NCBI GenBank assembly: GCA_021399345.1 | Contig: JAAFKI010000023.1 | Coordinates: forward strand, 1-36,520 | Reading direction: 5' to 3' | Length of the DNA: 36,520 nucleotides | Source: Candidatus Heimdallarchaeota archaeon | Lineage (GTDB): Archaea > Asgardarchaeota > Heimdallarchaeia > Heimdallarchaeales > Heimdallarchaeaceae | In this document: positions 29,491-36,520 of the stretch, piece by piece | How the letters are laid out: every line of letters begins with the position of its first letter | Position numbering within the stretch: the first letter of the stretch is position 1 | Notes under the pieces: model-generated | Seen by the model: only the letters and a program-made list of their open reading frames with translations | Databases searched by the model: none | Told to the model about the DNA's origin: nothing | Program-made: the position numbers and the translations under genes

Positions 29491-30021
29491 GTGACAAAAA
29501 TTAGAAAACAACGAATTATCAAAGATTTTGATGCGCTAAGAAAACTCCATAAAGAAGGTGTTTTAGCTCAAGTGAAAGCATTTCCAAGTAAGAAGAAATC
29601 TATGGGACATCTAGCTATAGGTTTTGATGGACCTGAGAAGACACCTTATGCTGGTGGTAAGTATAAACTTGAAATTCTCTTTGGATCAAACTATCCATAT
29701 AAACCACCATATGTCCGATTACATACACCCATCTGGCATCCCAATTTCTGGCCAAATCCTAAAGAATATCCCAATAAAAGAAATATTTGCCTAGCTTTAG
29801 TTGATAATGAATTAGTAGGAAAACATGATGGCTGGTCTCCTGCTAAGAATATCACGACTGTTATTTATTCTATTCTTGCAATGTTTAATATTGAAGGAGC
29901 TTATGTAAATCCCAAAGATGTATTCAATAAAGAAGCAGCTCTAGAATTCTTAAATGATAAGAAGAAATTCATTAAAAAGGCAAGTTCTATTAGTAAGAAA
30001 TATGCAAAATCTTACTGGTAG
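29491..30021 (+). CDS. Ubiquitin-conjugating enzyme E2
   Basis: GPEKTPYAGG, YPYKPP, IWHPN, catalytic NICL (Cys codon 29788-29790), GWSPA. Confidence 0.95.
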   Translation: MTKIRKQRIIKDFDALRKLHKEGVLAQVKAFPSKKKSMGHLAIGFDGPEKTPYAGGKYKLEILFGSNYPYKPPYVRLHTPIWHPNFWPNPKEYPNKRNICLALVDNELVGKHDGWSPAKNITTVIYSILAMFNIEGAYVNPKDVFNKEAALEFLNDKKKFIKKASSISKKYAKSYW

Positions 30022-30052
30022 AATTAAGTAAAATCTGAAAGGTGAGCTTACA

Positions 30053-30772
30053 ATGGAAAATGAATCTGAATTTCCCGAACAATATGAGAAACTCCTAAAA
30101 AAAATAGAAGCACTAGAGAAAGCCTTAGGACTTCATGAAGTTGATGACATTATTAAGGAAAAAATAGGTGTGAAACAAGAAATAAGTGAGGATACAATCA
30201 CTGAAGATGATTTACAAATCAAAGTGATAAATGAAATAGTTATCTCCCCCAAAGCTTATCTAAAGTTAGCTAAACATGCTTTAACTTATGCAAACGAAAA
30301 CATCCCAAAGAAAGATTGGGTAGAAATTATTGGCTTATTAACAGGGGGAATTAAACAAGAAGACACTCCTCTAGAACAGATTTTTGTTGAAGATTATTGG
30401 CCAGTAGATCAAGGTGATGCAGTCAGTGTAGAAATTGTTGATCAACAGATTTTCACGGAGATATTTCACAAGAAGAACGATGAACATTTTATAATAGGCT
30501 GGGCACATTCACACCCTAGCTATACTCCCTTTCTAAGCGATGATGACTTTGGCACACATCTCCGTTATCAAACCTTTTGGAATAAGTCTATTGCTATTGT
30601 TTTAGATCCCTTAATGATATCTCCTAAGAGTTTTGGAGTTGGAGTTTTCAGAATACACAAAGATAAAGAATCATACTATGAACTATCGAGTGAAGTAGAT
30701 GGTTTGAGCAGTGAAGCAGGTTATGAATCAATCAATCTTTTCATGAAAAACAAATATGAAACTGATTCGTAA
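30053..30772 (+). CDS. JAB/MPN+ (JAMM) metallo-isopeptidase, Rpn11/CSN5-like
   Basis: EIIGLLTG and GWAHSHPSYTPFLSDDD (H-x-H-x7-S-x2-D), IAIVLDP. Confidence 0.95.
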   Translation: MENESEFPEQYEKLLKKIEALEKALGLHEVDDIIKEKIGVKQEISEDTITEDDLQIKVINEIVISPKAYLKLAKHALTYANENIPKKDWVEIIGLLTGGIKQEDTPLEQIFVEDYWPVDQGDAVSVEIVDQQIFTEIFHKKNDEHFIIGWAHSHPSYTPFLSDDDFGTHLRYQTFWNKSIAIVLDPLMISPKSFGVGVFRIHKDKESYYELSSEVDGLSSEAGYESINLFMKNKYETDS

Positions 30773-30794
30773 AAAAATGAAAGCTGGGTTATAA

Positions 30795-31868
30795 TTGGAA
30801 CTAAACAACATCAAAACCTATCTAGCAATTGGAATTGTTGGATTAACCGTCGGAGTACTATATATGGCAATTCAGAAAGATTTGCCGAAAACACTCACTA
30901 TATTTTTTATAACCTTGTATGTTGTTGTTGCTCTGAGATTCTTTCTTGAAAGAAGACATTATAAAAAACATAAAACTATTCTCGCGAGCACTCAATTCCT
31001 AATACTTCCATTTTGCATAATGTTAATGGGAAATTATATCTCTCCCATAGCCGCAGCTTATGAAATATTCAGTATTGATATCGATTTATCTGGTGGGAGC
31101 TCAATTTATTCTCCTTTTAACCTAATCTCTATATCACTGATTTTTCCTGTGATTGTTCTTTCTCTCTATTTTCGAAACTTTTATTCTGGGAAATGGCCCG
31201 CAATTGCAGTAAACAGGAAGGTAAGAAGAGGAAGAAAAATACCCTTTTTGATAAATACAACTTATGTTGCAATTTTATTAGTTGGATTCTTTATTAATTG
31301 GCAAATCGATTTTGTAGGTTTCATTTTTGTTATTTTATACTTCATTTTTATCTTTAGATACTTCATAATTGCATTTGCAATGAGATCTGACCAACAAGCT
31401 CAGGTTACTTCATCTAGATCTGCATCAACAACTAGAAGAAGCAAAAGATCTGTTTCTACTAGATCAAGAAGACCGACAGCTTCTGCATCATCTGCTAGTA
31501 AAGCTTCAAGGTCTTCAAGTGCAAAAATTGCTCCTGGGATAGACGTAAAAGCAACTCGCTCTACTACAACTAAAAAAACATCCAAAATAACAACAGTCTC
31601 TAAAAAAATCTTTCCAATTGGTACACCAAAGAAAGAAGAGATGCAATGTATAATATGCTATATGGATTTTGATAAGAAAGACCGCAGAAGAATCATTTTA
31701 TGCCCCCATTGTCGTTATCCTGCACATGAAGACGAATTTATGAGTTGGTTTAAGACATCAAGACTCTGTGCTAGATGTAATCAGACTATTTCTACTAGAT
31801 ATGTAAACAATCCAAAATATAGAATCAACATAAAGCTCTATATTGAAAAAGTGATTGAAAAGCTATGA
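30795..31868 (+). CDS. Multi-pass membrane protein with C-terminal RING-variant; putative E3 ligase
   Basis: About 6 TM helices, Ser/Arg/Thr-rich linker, CIIC...CPHC..PAHEDEFMSW......CARC (31647-31778); sits in the E2-JAB operon. Confidence 0.85.
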   Translation: MELNNIKTYLAIGIVGLTVGVLYMAIQKDLPKTLTIFFITLYVVVALRFFLERRHYKKHKTILASTQFLILPFCIMLMGNYISPIAAAYEIFSIDIDLSGGSSIYSPFNLISISLIFPVIVLSLYFRNFYSGKWPAIAVNRKVRRGRKIPFLINTTYVAILLVGFFINWQIDFVGFIFVILYFIFIFRYFIIAFAMRSDQQAQVTSSRSASTTRRSKRSVSTRSRRPTASASSASKASRSSSAKIAPGIDVKATRSTTTKKTSKITTVSKKIFPIGTPKKEEMQCIICYMDFDKKDRRRIILCPHCRYPAHEDEFMSWFKTSRLCARCNQTISTRYVNNPKYRINIKLYIEKVIEKL

Positions 31869-31941
31869 TAATTCGAGTAGCCAATTGTTTAATAACTTAA
31901 AAAATATAAACAAGTTGGAAAATAGAAGGAAAGGTATTATC

Positions 31942-32526
31942 ATGGCTACTTGGAAACAGCTATCTGCAGCATTTCTACTATCATTAACTTTAGTTGGTGT
32001 TTCAATTTATTATTTTATAGAAGATAACAATTTCCTTGGAAGAGTTTATATTTTTGCTGCAATTTTTGCTTTCCTAACTTTATTTGTAATTTTCAGAAGT
32101 TTATTTTATTTGAAACACAAAGCAACATTCAATGAAGTGTTTTTTGTTCTAATGGTTCCTCTAATTCCTGTTCTAATTATAATAACTCAGAAATTATTTG
32201 GGATTTACGAGCCTTTTATCGTTTCAACCGGAATATCTACAGAAGGTCTTGACTATATTTTCTATATCAATGCTGTAGATTTTGTTTTATTACCTTATTA
32301 TATAGTTAGCAACTTCATGATTTTTAGAACATTTATTCGATATCCTTTCATCAGACTCAAGGGAACAAGCGAAAAAGGTATTCCTCCAAAATTCTTTGGA
32401 TTCTTACTAATATTCATAATCCCTGCAATCTATATCTTAACTTCAGTATTCTATCTTGAAAATCTCTTCCTAGTGATTTTTGGTGGAGTGTATTTCTATT
32501 CTGCCTTATTGATGCTGTTTGTATGA
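31942..32526 (+). CDS. Six-TM membrane protein, RING-less paralog of the upstream E3 membrane domain
   Basis: Likely start MATWKQ at 31942; shares Y.KHK, YE.F, N..P and (W/Y)P.I...G landmarks with 30795-31868. Confidence 0.75.
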   Translation: MATWKQLSAAFLLSLTLVGVSIYYFIEDNNFLGRVYIFAAIFAFLTLFVIFRSLFYLKHKATFNEVFFVLMVPLIPVLIIITQKLFGIYEPFIVSTGISTEGLDYIFYINAVDFVLLPYYIVSNFMIFRTFIRYPFIRLKGTSEKGIPPKFFGFLLIFIIPAIYILTSVFYLENLFLVIFGGVYFYSALLMLFV

Positions 32527-32570
32527 ATGATTCTAGAAACTAATTAGGTAAAGAAAAGATTTATGTCATT

Positions 32571-33206
32571 TCATTTTGGTTTCTTTTGCTTTGGTAACTT
32601 CGTCTGACTAGGGTATTTTTGTGTTGGTACTTTTTGCTTTGGAGTTTTCTCTTGAATAACTTCTTCTATTTGGGAAGCAGCTGGAGACTCTCTCTCTTTT
32701 TTTTCCTTTTTCTCTTCTTTTGGAAGTGATCGGGATTCCATGCCTTCGATTTCAGAGAATCTATCCCTATCTCTTGAAGGAGGAGTTTCTTCTTTTTTGT
32801 CTTTCTGCTTTTTCTCCATAGCTCTTGATTCCATGTTTTCAATATCTTTGAAAGTTTCTCTTTTAGGAATTGCTTCTTCCTTCTTTTCTTTGGTTTTTGA
32901 TGTTTTCTCAGCTGGAATGTAGTTTGGTTCTTTTGTCTTTTTTAGTTTATCTTGGCTAGGAATTTTCGATTTAGGGATTTTTTGTTTGGGAATTTGAGAA
33001 CTATTTTTCCTTTCTGAAGTACCTCGTAATTGCGCTCGAGCAGGAATTTTACCATCTTTTTTCCTTTTTTGCTTTTTTGGAGGAATTAGATCACTATCAT
33101 CTAATCTTTGTTTTGGAATTTTCTCCTTGGGAATTTTAGAATCATATGGATATTTTTGCTTTGGAATCTTGGCAGAAATCTTATTTTTCTTTTTTTTGTT
33201 TACCAT
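32571..33206 (-). CDS. Lys/Pro-rich intrinsically disordered repeat protein
   Basis: Repeated KIPKQK-like units and two F..IE.MESR repeats; no hydrophobic core. Confidence 0.7.
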   Translation of the reverse strand: MVNKKKKNKISAKIPKQKYPYDSKIPKEKIPKQRLDDSDLIPPKKQKRKKDGKIPARAQLRGTSERKNSSQIPKQKIPKSKIPSQDKLKKTKEPNYIPAEKTSKTKEKKEEAIPKRETFKDIENMESRAMEKKQKDKKEETPPSRDRDRFSEIEGMESRSLPKEEKKEKKERESPAASQIEEVIQEKTPKQKVPTQKYPSQTKLPKQKKPK

Positions 33207-33451
33207 TTTTAAATCAAATCCATGCTTTACTTTTCTTCAACGAATCTGTTTCCAAGAAATTCTAACACTCCAAATCTGTCTATTAACTGTTCTGAACTCC
33301 TCTTGTTATTACTTAGGATATATAACCTCATTTCTACTTATTTATATTACTATTTGCTTTCTTCAACAACCTAAATAAAATGCTTTTTATACCGAAAAGC
33401 ATAGTTTTTTAACAATCTAATGCAATATAGATAAATTGTAATAAACAAGGA

Positions 33452-33811
33452 ATGATTATTATGAGCGAAGAATTTGAAGAATTATCCTTTGATGAAGAAG
33501 AAGAGGAAGTTGAAGAAGAAGAAATTATCTCAAAAACCCCTGAAAAGTCAAAGACTCCTGGAAGTAAAAAAATTAGTGTTTATTTTCAAAGCACTATTGG
33601 GCCAAGTCCAAAACAAGAGAAACTTGTTGTTGCCACTGATGCACCAATTGGTGACATCAAATATACTGTTAGCCAAATATTTGGACTACCTCCAGATGAA
33701 TTTCATCTGTCTCATGCAGGAAGAACCTGCGATTCAGGTGATGTCTTAGAAGATTATGGAGTTGAAGATGGAGATACCATTCTACTTATCCCAGTATCAA
33801 CTGCAGGATAA
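33452..33811 (+). CDS. Ubiquitin-like modifier with acidic N-terminal extension and C-terminal single Gly
   Basis: Beta-grasp pattern ...FHLSHAGR...LEDYGVEDGDTILLIPVSTAG*; directly upstream of E1; alternative start 33461. Confidence 0.88.
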   Translation: MIIMSEEFEELSFDEEEEEVEEEEIISKTPEKSKTPGSKKISVYFQSTIGPSPKQEKLVVATDAPIGDIKYTVSQIFGLPPDEFHLSHAGRTCDSGDVLEDYGVEDGDTILLIPVSTAG

Positions 33812-33869
33812 ATGGAAGAAGTAATCAATATCCAAGAAAGAATTTCTCTTTCTCCCTCCATTTATTTTT
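33808..33869 (+). terminator. Stem-loop plus T tract between the Ubl and E1 genes
   Basis: ATAAATGGA (33808-16) pairs with TCCATTTAT (33857-65); inner AGAAAGA (33835-41) pairs with TCTTTCT (33847-53); followed by a T run. Confidence 0.45.
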
Positions 33870-33924
33870 CAAACAATCATTATTTTTTCATACTAGAAGC
33901 AGAGTAATACTTGAGGAGTATACC

Positions 33925-35175
33925 ATGAGCAACAAATCACAACAATCAAATTTTTTTGATGAAACATTCTCTGAAGAAGAACGAAAACGTCTAGATAGGC
34001 AACTTAGATTACCGGGTTGGAATCAAAAAACTTTGAAGGATTCAAAAGTGGTTATAGCAGGAATTGGCGGATTAGGTACCGAAATTGCAAAGAATCTGGC
34101 AATGGCAGGAGTTGGTACATTACATTTAATAGATTTGGACATTATTGAATACTCTAATCTTAATAGACAAATTTTATTTTCTGATGCAGATGAGGGGGAA
34201 CCTAAATCCAAAGTTTCAGCTAGAGCTTTAAAGAAAATTAATCCCTTTAGCAAATATATTTGGTATCACTCTAATCTTGAAGATGTTGATCCTGAAGTAT
34301 ATGCGACAGCTGATTTAATAATTTCTGGATTAGATTCAGTTACTGCAAGAGCTGAATTAAATCGTAGAGCTGTCCACTTCAAGAAAACTATGATTGATGG
34401 AGGAACAGCAACATACTATGGTCATGTTTACACTTACTCTCCAGGAGAGAATGCATGTCTTCAATGTGATCCTCAGATTGAAAGAGAAAGAGAAACTTTA
34501 GCAGCTTGTACTTTGGTTGGAGTTCCAAGAAAGAGATCTCACTGCTTGCTTAAGGGGCAGTTATCTTTTGAATCGAAACATAACAGAACTCCAGATACAG
34601 CAGTCATAGAAGAAATGAATGTTGTTCTAGATTATGCTAACAATTTAGTTAAAGAGCATTTTCCAGATAAAAGTATTTTTACAATTGACGAAGCTGTAAA
34701 GATGGTTGATCAGCATGATCCAACCATAATCACAATGAATGCAGTTATAGCTTCATTGCAATCGCAGGAAGCAGTTAAGATACTCCATCATGTCAAAGGA
34801 ATCAAACTTGGAACAGTAAACAAAGAATATGTTATTTACAATGGTTTGGTTGGTAAATTCTTCTACATAGAGAAGCCACCTAACAAAAAGTGTGCTTTGT
34901 GCGGTTCAGCTGCGATCATAATTGAGGAAGTAACAATTCCAGAAACTACAACTATCGATATGCTTCTTTCAATCATTAAGAATAAAGGATATAGCTATGA
35001 TCCTGAATTTGAACCATCTTTCTGGTTGATTGATAAGAAAGATCCAGAAGAAGTTGAACTCAATCTAACACTAAAAGAACAAGATATTAGGAATTATGAA
35101 ACTCTATTTGTTACAAGCTTAACCAAAAATGGTGAAGAAATAGATCTCTACATAAGGTTAATACTAAAGGGATAA
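33925..35175 (+). CDS. Ubiquitin-activating enzyme E1 (Uba3/Uba2-like, with catalytic Cys domain and C-terminal ubiquitin-fold-like domain)
   Basis: RLDRQ, GIGGLG, DLDIIEYSNLNRQ, GLDSVTAR, IDGGT, CLQC and CALC Zn pair, ACTLVGVPRKRSHC catalytic Cys (34507-34509). Confidence 0.93.
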   Translation: MSNKSQQSNFFDETFSEEERKRLDRQLRLPGWNQKTLKDSKVVIAGIGGLGTEIAKNLAMAGVGTLHLIDLDIIEYSNLNRQILFSDADEGEPKSKVSARALKKINPFSKYIWYHSNLEDVDPEVYATADLIISGLDSVTARAELNRRAVHFKKTMIDGGTATYYGHVYTYSPGENACLQCDPQIERERETLAACTLVGVPRKRSHCLLKGQLSFESKHNRTPDTAVIEEMNVVLDYANNLVKEHFPDKSIFTIDEAVKMVDQHDPTIITMNAVIASLQSQEAVKILHHVKGIKLGTVNKEYVIYNGLVGKFFYIEKPPNKKCALCGSAAIIIEEVTIPETTTIDMLLSIIKNKGYSYDPEFEPSFWLIDKKDPEEVELNLTLKEQDIRNYETLFVTSLTKNGEEIDLYIRLILKG

Positions 35176-35337
35176 CTAGCAATTCAATATTTTGTTCGGT
35201 ATCTTACTTTTTTATTATGTTGTCATCTAAAGCTTGTACAAAAAATTAGAAAAAGGAATTGTGAAACAAAATTAATTGTTTCAGTAAGAAGATTCAGTTT
35301 ATACTAGGAAACTCTTCAATGATTTCCTCAAATCTGA

Positions 35338-35550
35338 TTAAACTTTAACCAAATTTGCTGCTTGAGAACCTCTATCAGTTTCTTCAACATCGAATTCTAC
35401 TTCGTCTCCTTCTTTCAGGTCGTTAAAGTCTTCTTTAACACCAGAACGATGGAAGAAGACTTCTTTTTCTTCTCCTTCGACATTGACGAACCCATAATTT
35501 CGGTCATACATTATTCTTTTAACTACGCCTTTCAAGTTGGATTCCTCCAT
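35338..35550 (-). CDS. cspA: Cold-shock domain protein
   Basis: KGVVK, RNP1 NYGFV, RNP2 VFFHRS, LKEGDEVEF, RGSQAANL. Confidence 0.92.
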   Translation of the reverse strand: MEESNLKGVVKRIMYDRNYGFVNVEGEEKEVFFHRSGVKEDFNDLKEGDEVEFDVEETDRGSQAANLVKV

Positions 35551-35829
35551 ATTTTTGCTCAAATTGGAACTTTTTCAAGCTCAATCTTAATTAAAAACTA
35601 GTTCTCAGAAAATTCTTACTCCTTTAACGAAACAAAACAATCTAATTTCACTACTTTTTAACTTGCTATATGAATTTGGAAGGAGGCTTTATAAATTATC
35701 CTATCCGCCTAAAGAATTTGCTGAAATAACTTAAATATCCAATAAAACATGAAATAATAGAGAATCCCAGTGGAATTTAGTTCTTTAGCAGCATATTTGT
35801 TTATTTCTTATTTTTATGATAAATTATCG

Positions 35830-36520
35830 TCATATAGTCATATTAAAAGTACAATGAATCACTTTGGAAGACACTTTTAGGACAATTATTACAGGAGCTT
35901 TTATAGGGATTTCAAGGGAGAAATGTGATGACGAAAGTACTACGAGTAGAATGCATAGAACTCCCCTATCACCAAGCTTTGAGTACGCTTTGTCATCGAG
36001 TGAAAAACCTCTATAATCGAGCAAATTATCTGATAAAACAATCTCTAAACAAAAAGAGTAAGTTACTAGTGTACTACGATCTCAACACCTTTCTCAAGGA
36101 AGAAGATTGTTATCGAGTTCTTCCTGCTCACACAGCTCAACACACACTCAAACTCCTCTGTTGGAATTGGAAAGCGTATTTCCGAGCATTAAAGGAGTGG
36201 AAAAACCATCCTAGCAAGTTTTTTGCCATACCTCAACCACCCAACTACAAAGCGAAGGATGGCGAAGTGGTAGCAATCTTCACCAACCAGCAAGCAAGAA
36301 TTGTTAATGGATGGGTAGTCCTTCCCAAAAAAGTAGGTTTTTACTACAAAACTCGACTGACTTCACGAACAACACTGAAGGAAGTAAGAATTGTACCTCG
36401 ACGAGTGGGTTACACTCTCGAACTAGTCTATGAGAAGGTCTTACCTAAACTGCGAAGACGTTTTACCAGGAAAGGTGCGATCGATTTAGGGTCTATCAAC
36501 TTTGTAGCCTTTGTGGATAA
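35830..36520 (+). mobile_element. IS200/IS605-family element (tnpB with no upstream tnpA, IS1341-like); left end approximate
   Basis: tnpB gene, visibly higher GC than the flanks, no tnpA ORF in the upstream intergenic region. Confidence 0.6.
35928..36520 (+). CDS. tnpB: TnpB RNA-guided endonuclease (IS200/IS605 family), truncated by window edge; not in ORF track
   Basis: Open from ATG 35928: MTKVLRVE..LCHRVKNLYNRANY..LPAHTAQHTLK..NWKAYF..PQPPNYK..FTNQQ..EVRIVP..LELVYE..AIDLG (RuvC-I Asp). Confidence 0.92.
   Translation, partial: MTKVLRVECIELPYHQALSTLCHRVKNLYNRANYLIKQSLNKKSKLLVYYDLNTFLKEEDCYRVLPAHTAQHTLKLLCWNWKAYFRALKEWKNHPSKFFAIPQPPNYKAKDGEVVAIFTNQQARIVNGWVVLPKKVGFYYKTRLTSRTTLKEVRIVPRRVGYTLELVYEKVLPKLRRRFTRKGAIDLGSINFVAFVD

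Noticed and set aside
33227-33331. 34-aa minus-strand ORF MRLYILSNNKRSSEQLIDRFGVLEFLGNRFVEEK upstream of the Lys/Pro protein
   Set aside because: No motif or SD support; length is compatible with chance.
33127-33378. 83-aa hydrophobic plus-strand ORF
   Set aside because: Its hydrophobicity reflects the T-rich antisense of the Lys-rich gene and its leader.
33812-33907. 31-codon ORF in frame right after the Ubl stop, suggesting a read-through propeptide
   Set aside because: TAA is a poor read-through codon, and the segment is better explained as a hairpin and T tract.
29491-35175. Bacterial-type antiphage ubiquitin system (CBASS, Bil, Bub)
   Set aside because: No CD-NTase or defence effector is present; components are eukaryote-like and include a RING E3.
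1-36520. CRISPR array, complete tRNA or mature rRNA genes
   Set aside because: No regularly spaced repeats or recognisable mature RNA gene sequences seen.

Overview
AT-rich archaeal window with TATA-like promoters and weak or absent SD sites. A Rab-like small GTPase, deoxyhypusine synthase and a full E1/E2/RING-E3/JAB/Ubl set point to an Asgard archaeon (inference; no taxonomy search run). Left to right: 5' end of a structured RNA running off the left edge (minus strand); a Cys-rich protein; a P-loop-dead KaiC/RecA-fold protein resembling Elongator Elp4; a kinase-like P-loop protein; a Rab-like GTPase; the four-gene pyruvate/2-oxoacid:ferredoxin oxidoreductase operon; a GT-C membrane glycosyltransferase; an orphan N6-adenine DNA methyltransferase; a minus-strand run (rhodanese, DHS, Zn finger, metallophosphoesterase, PhoU/DUF47-like, membrane-anchored EEP nuclease); many accessory membrane and metabolic genes; a ubiquitin-like conjugation locus (29.5-35.2 kb); a cold-shock protein; and a TnpB cut by the right edge. 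The most interesting candidate system is the ubiquitin locus. Its E3 is a multi-pass membrane protein with a C-terminal RING-variant, followed by a RING-less paralog of the same membrane domain. Its modifier ends in a single Gly (IPVSTAG) and looks intermediate between UFM1 and ubiquitin. Together these suggest an archaeal ERAD-like or membrane quality-control ligase complex. All family calls come from motif recognition by eye.
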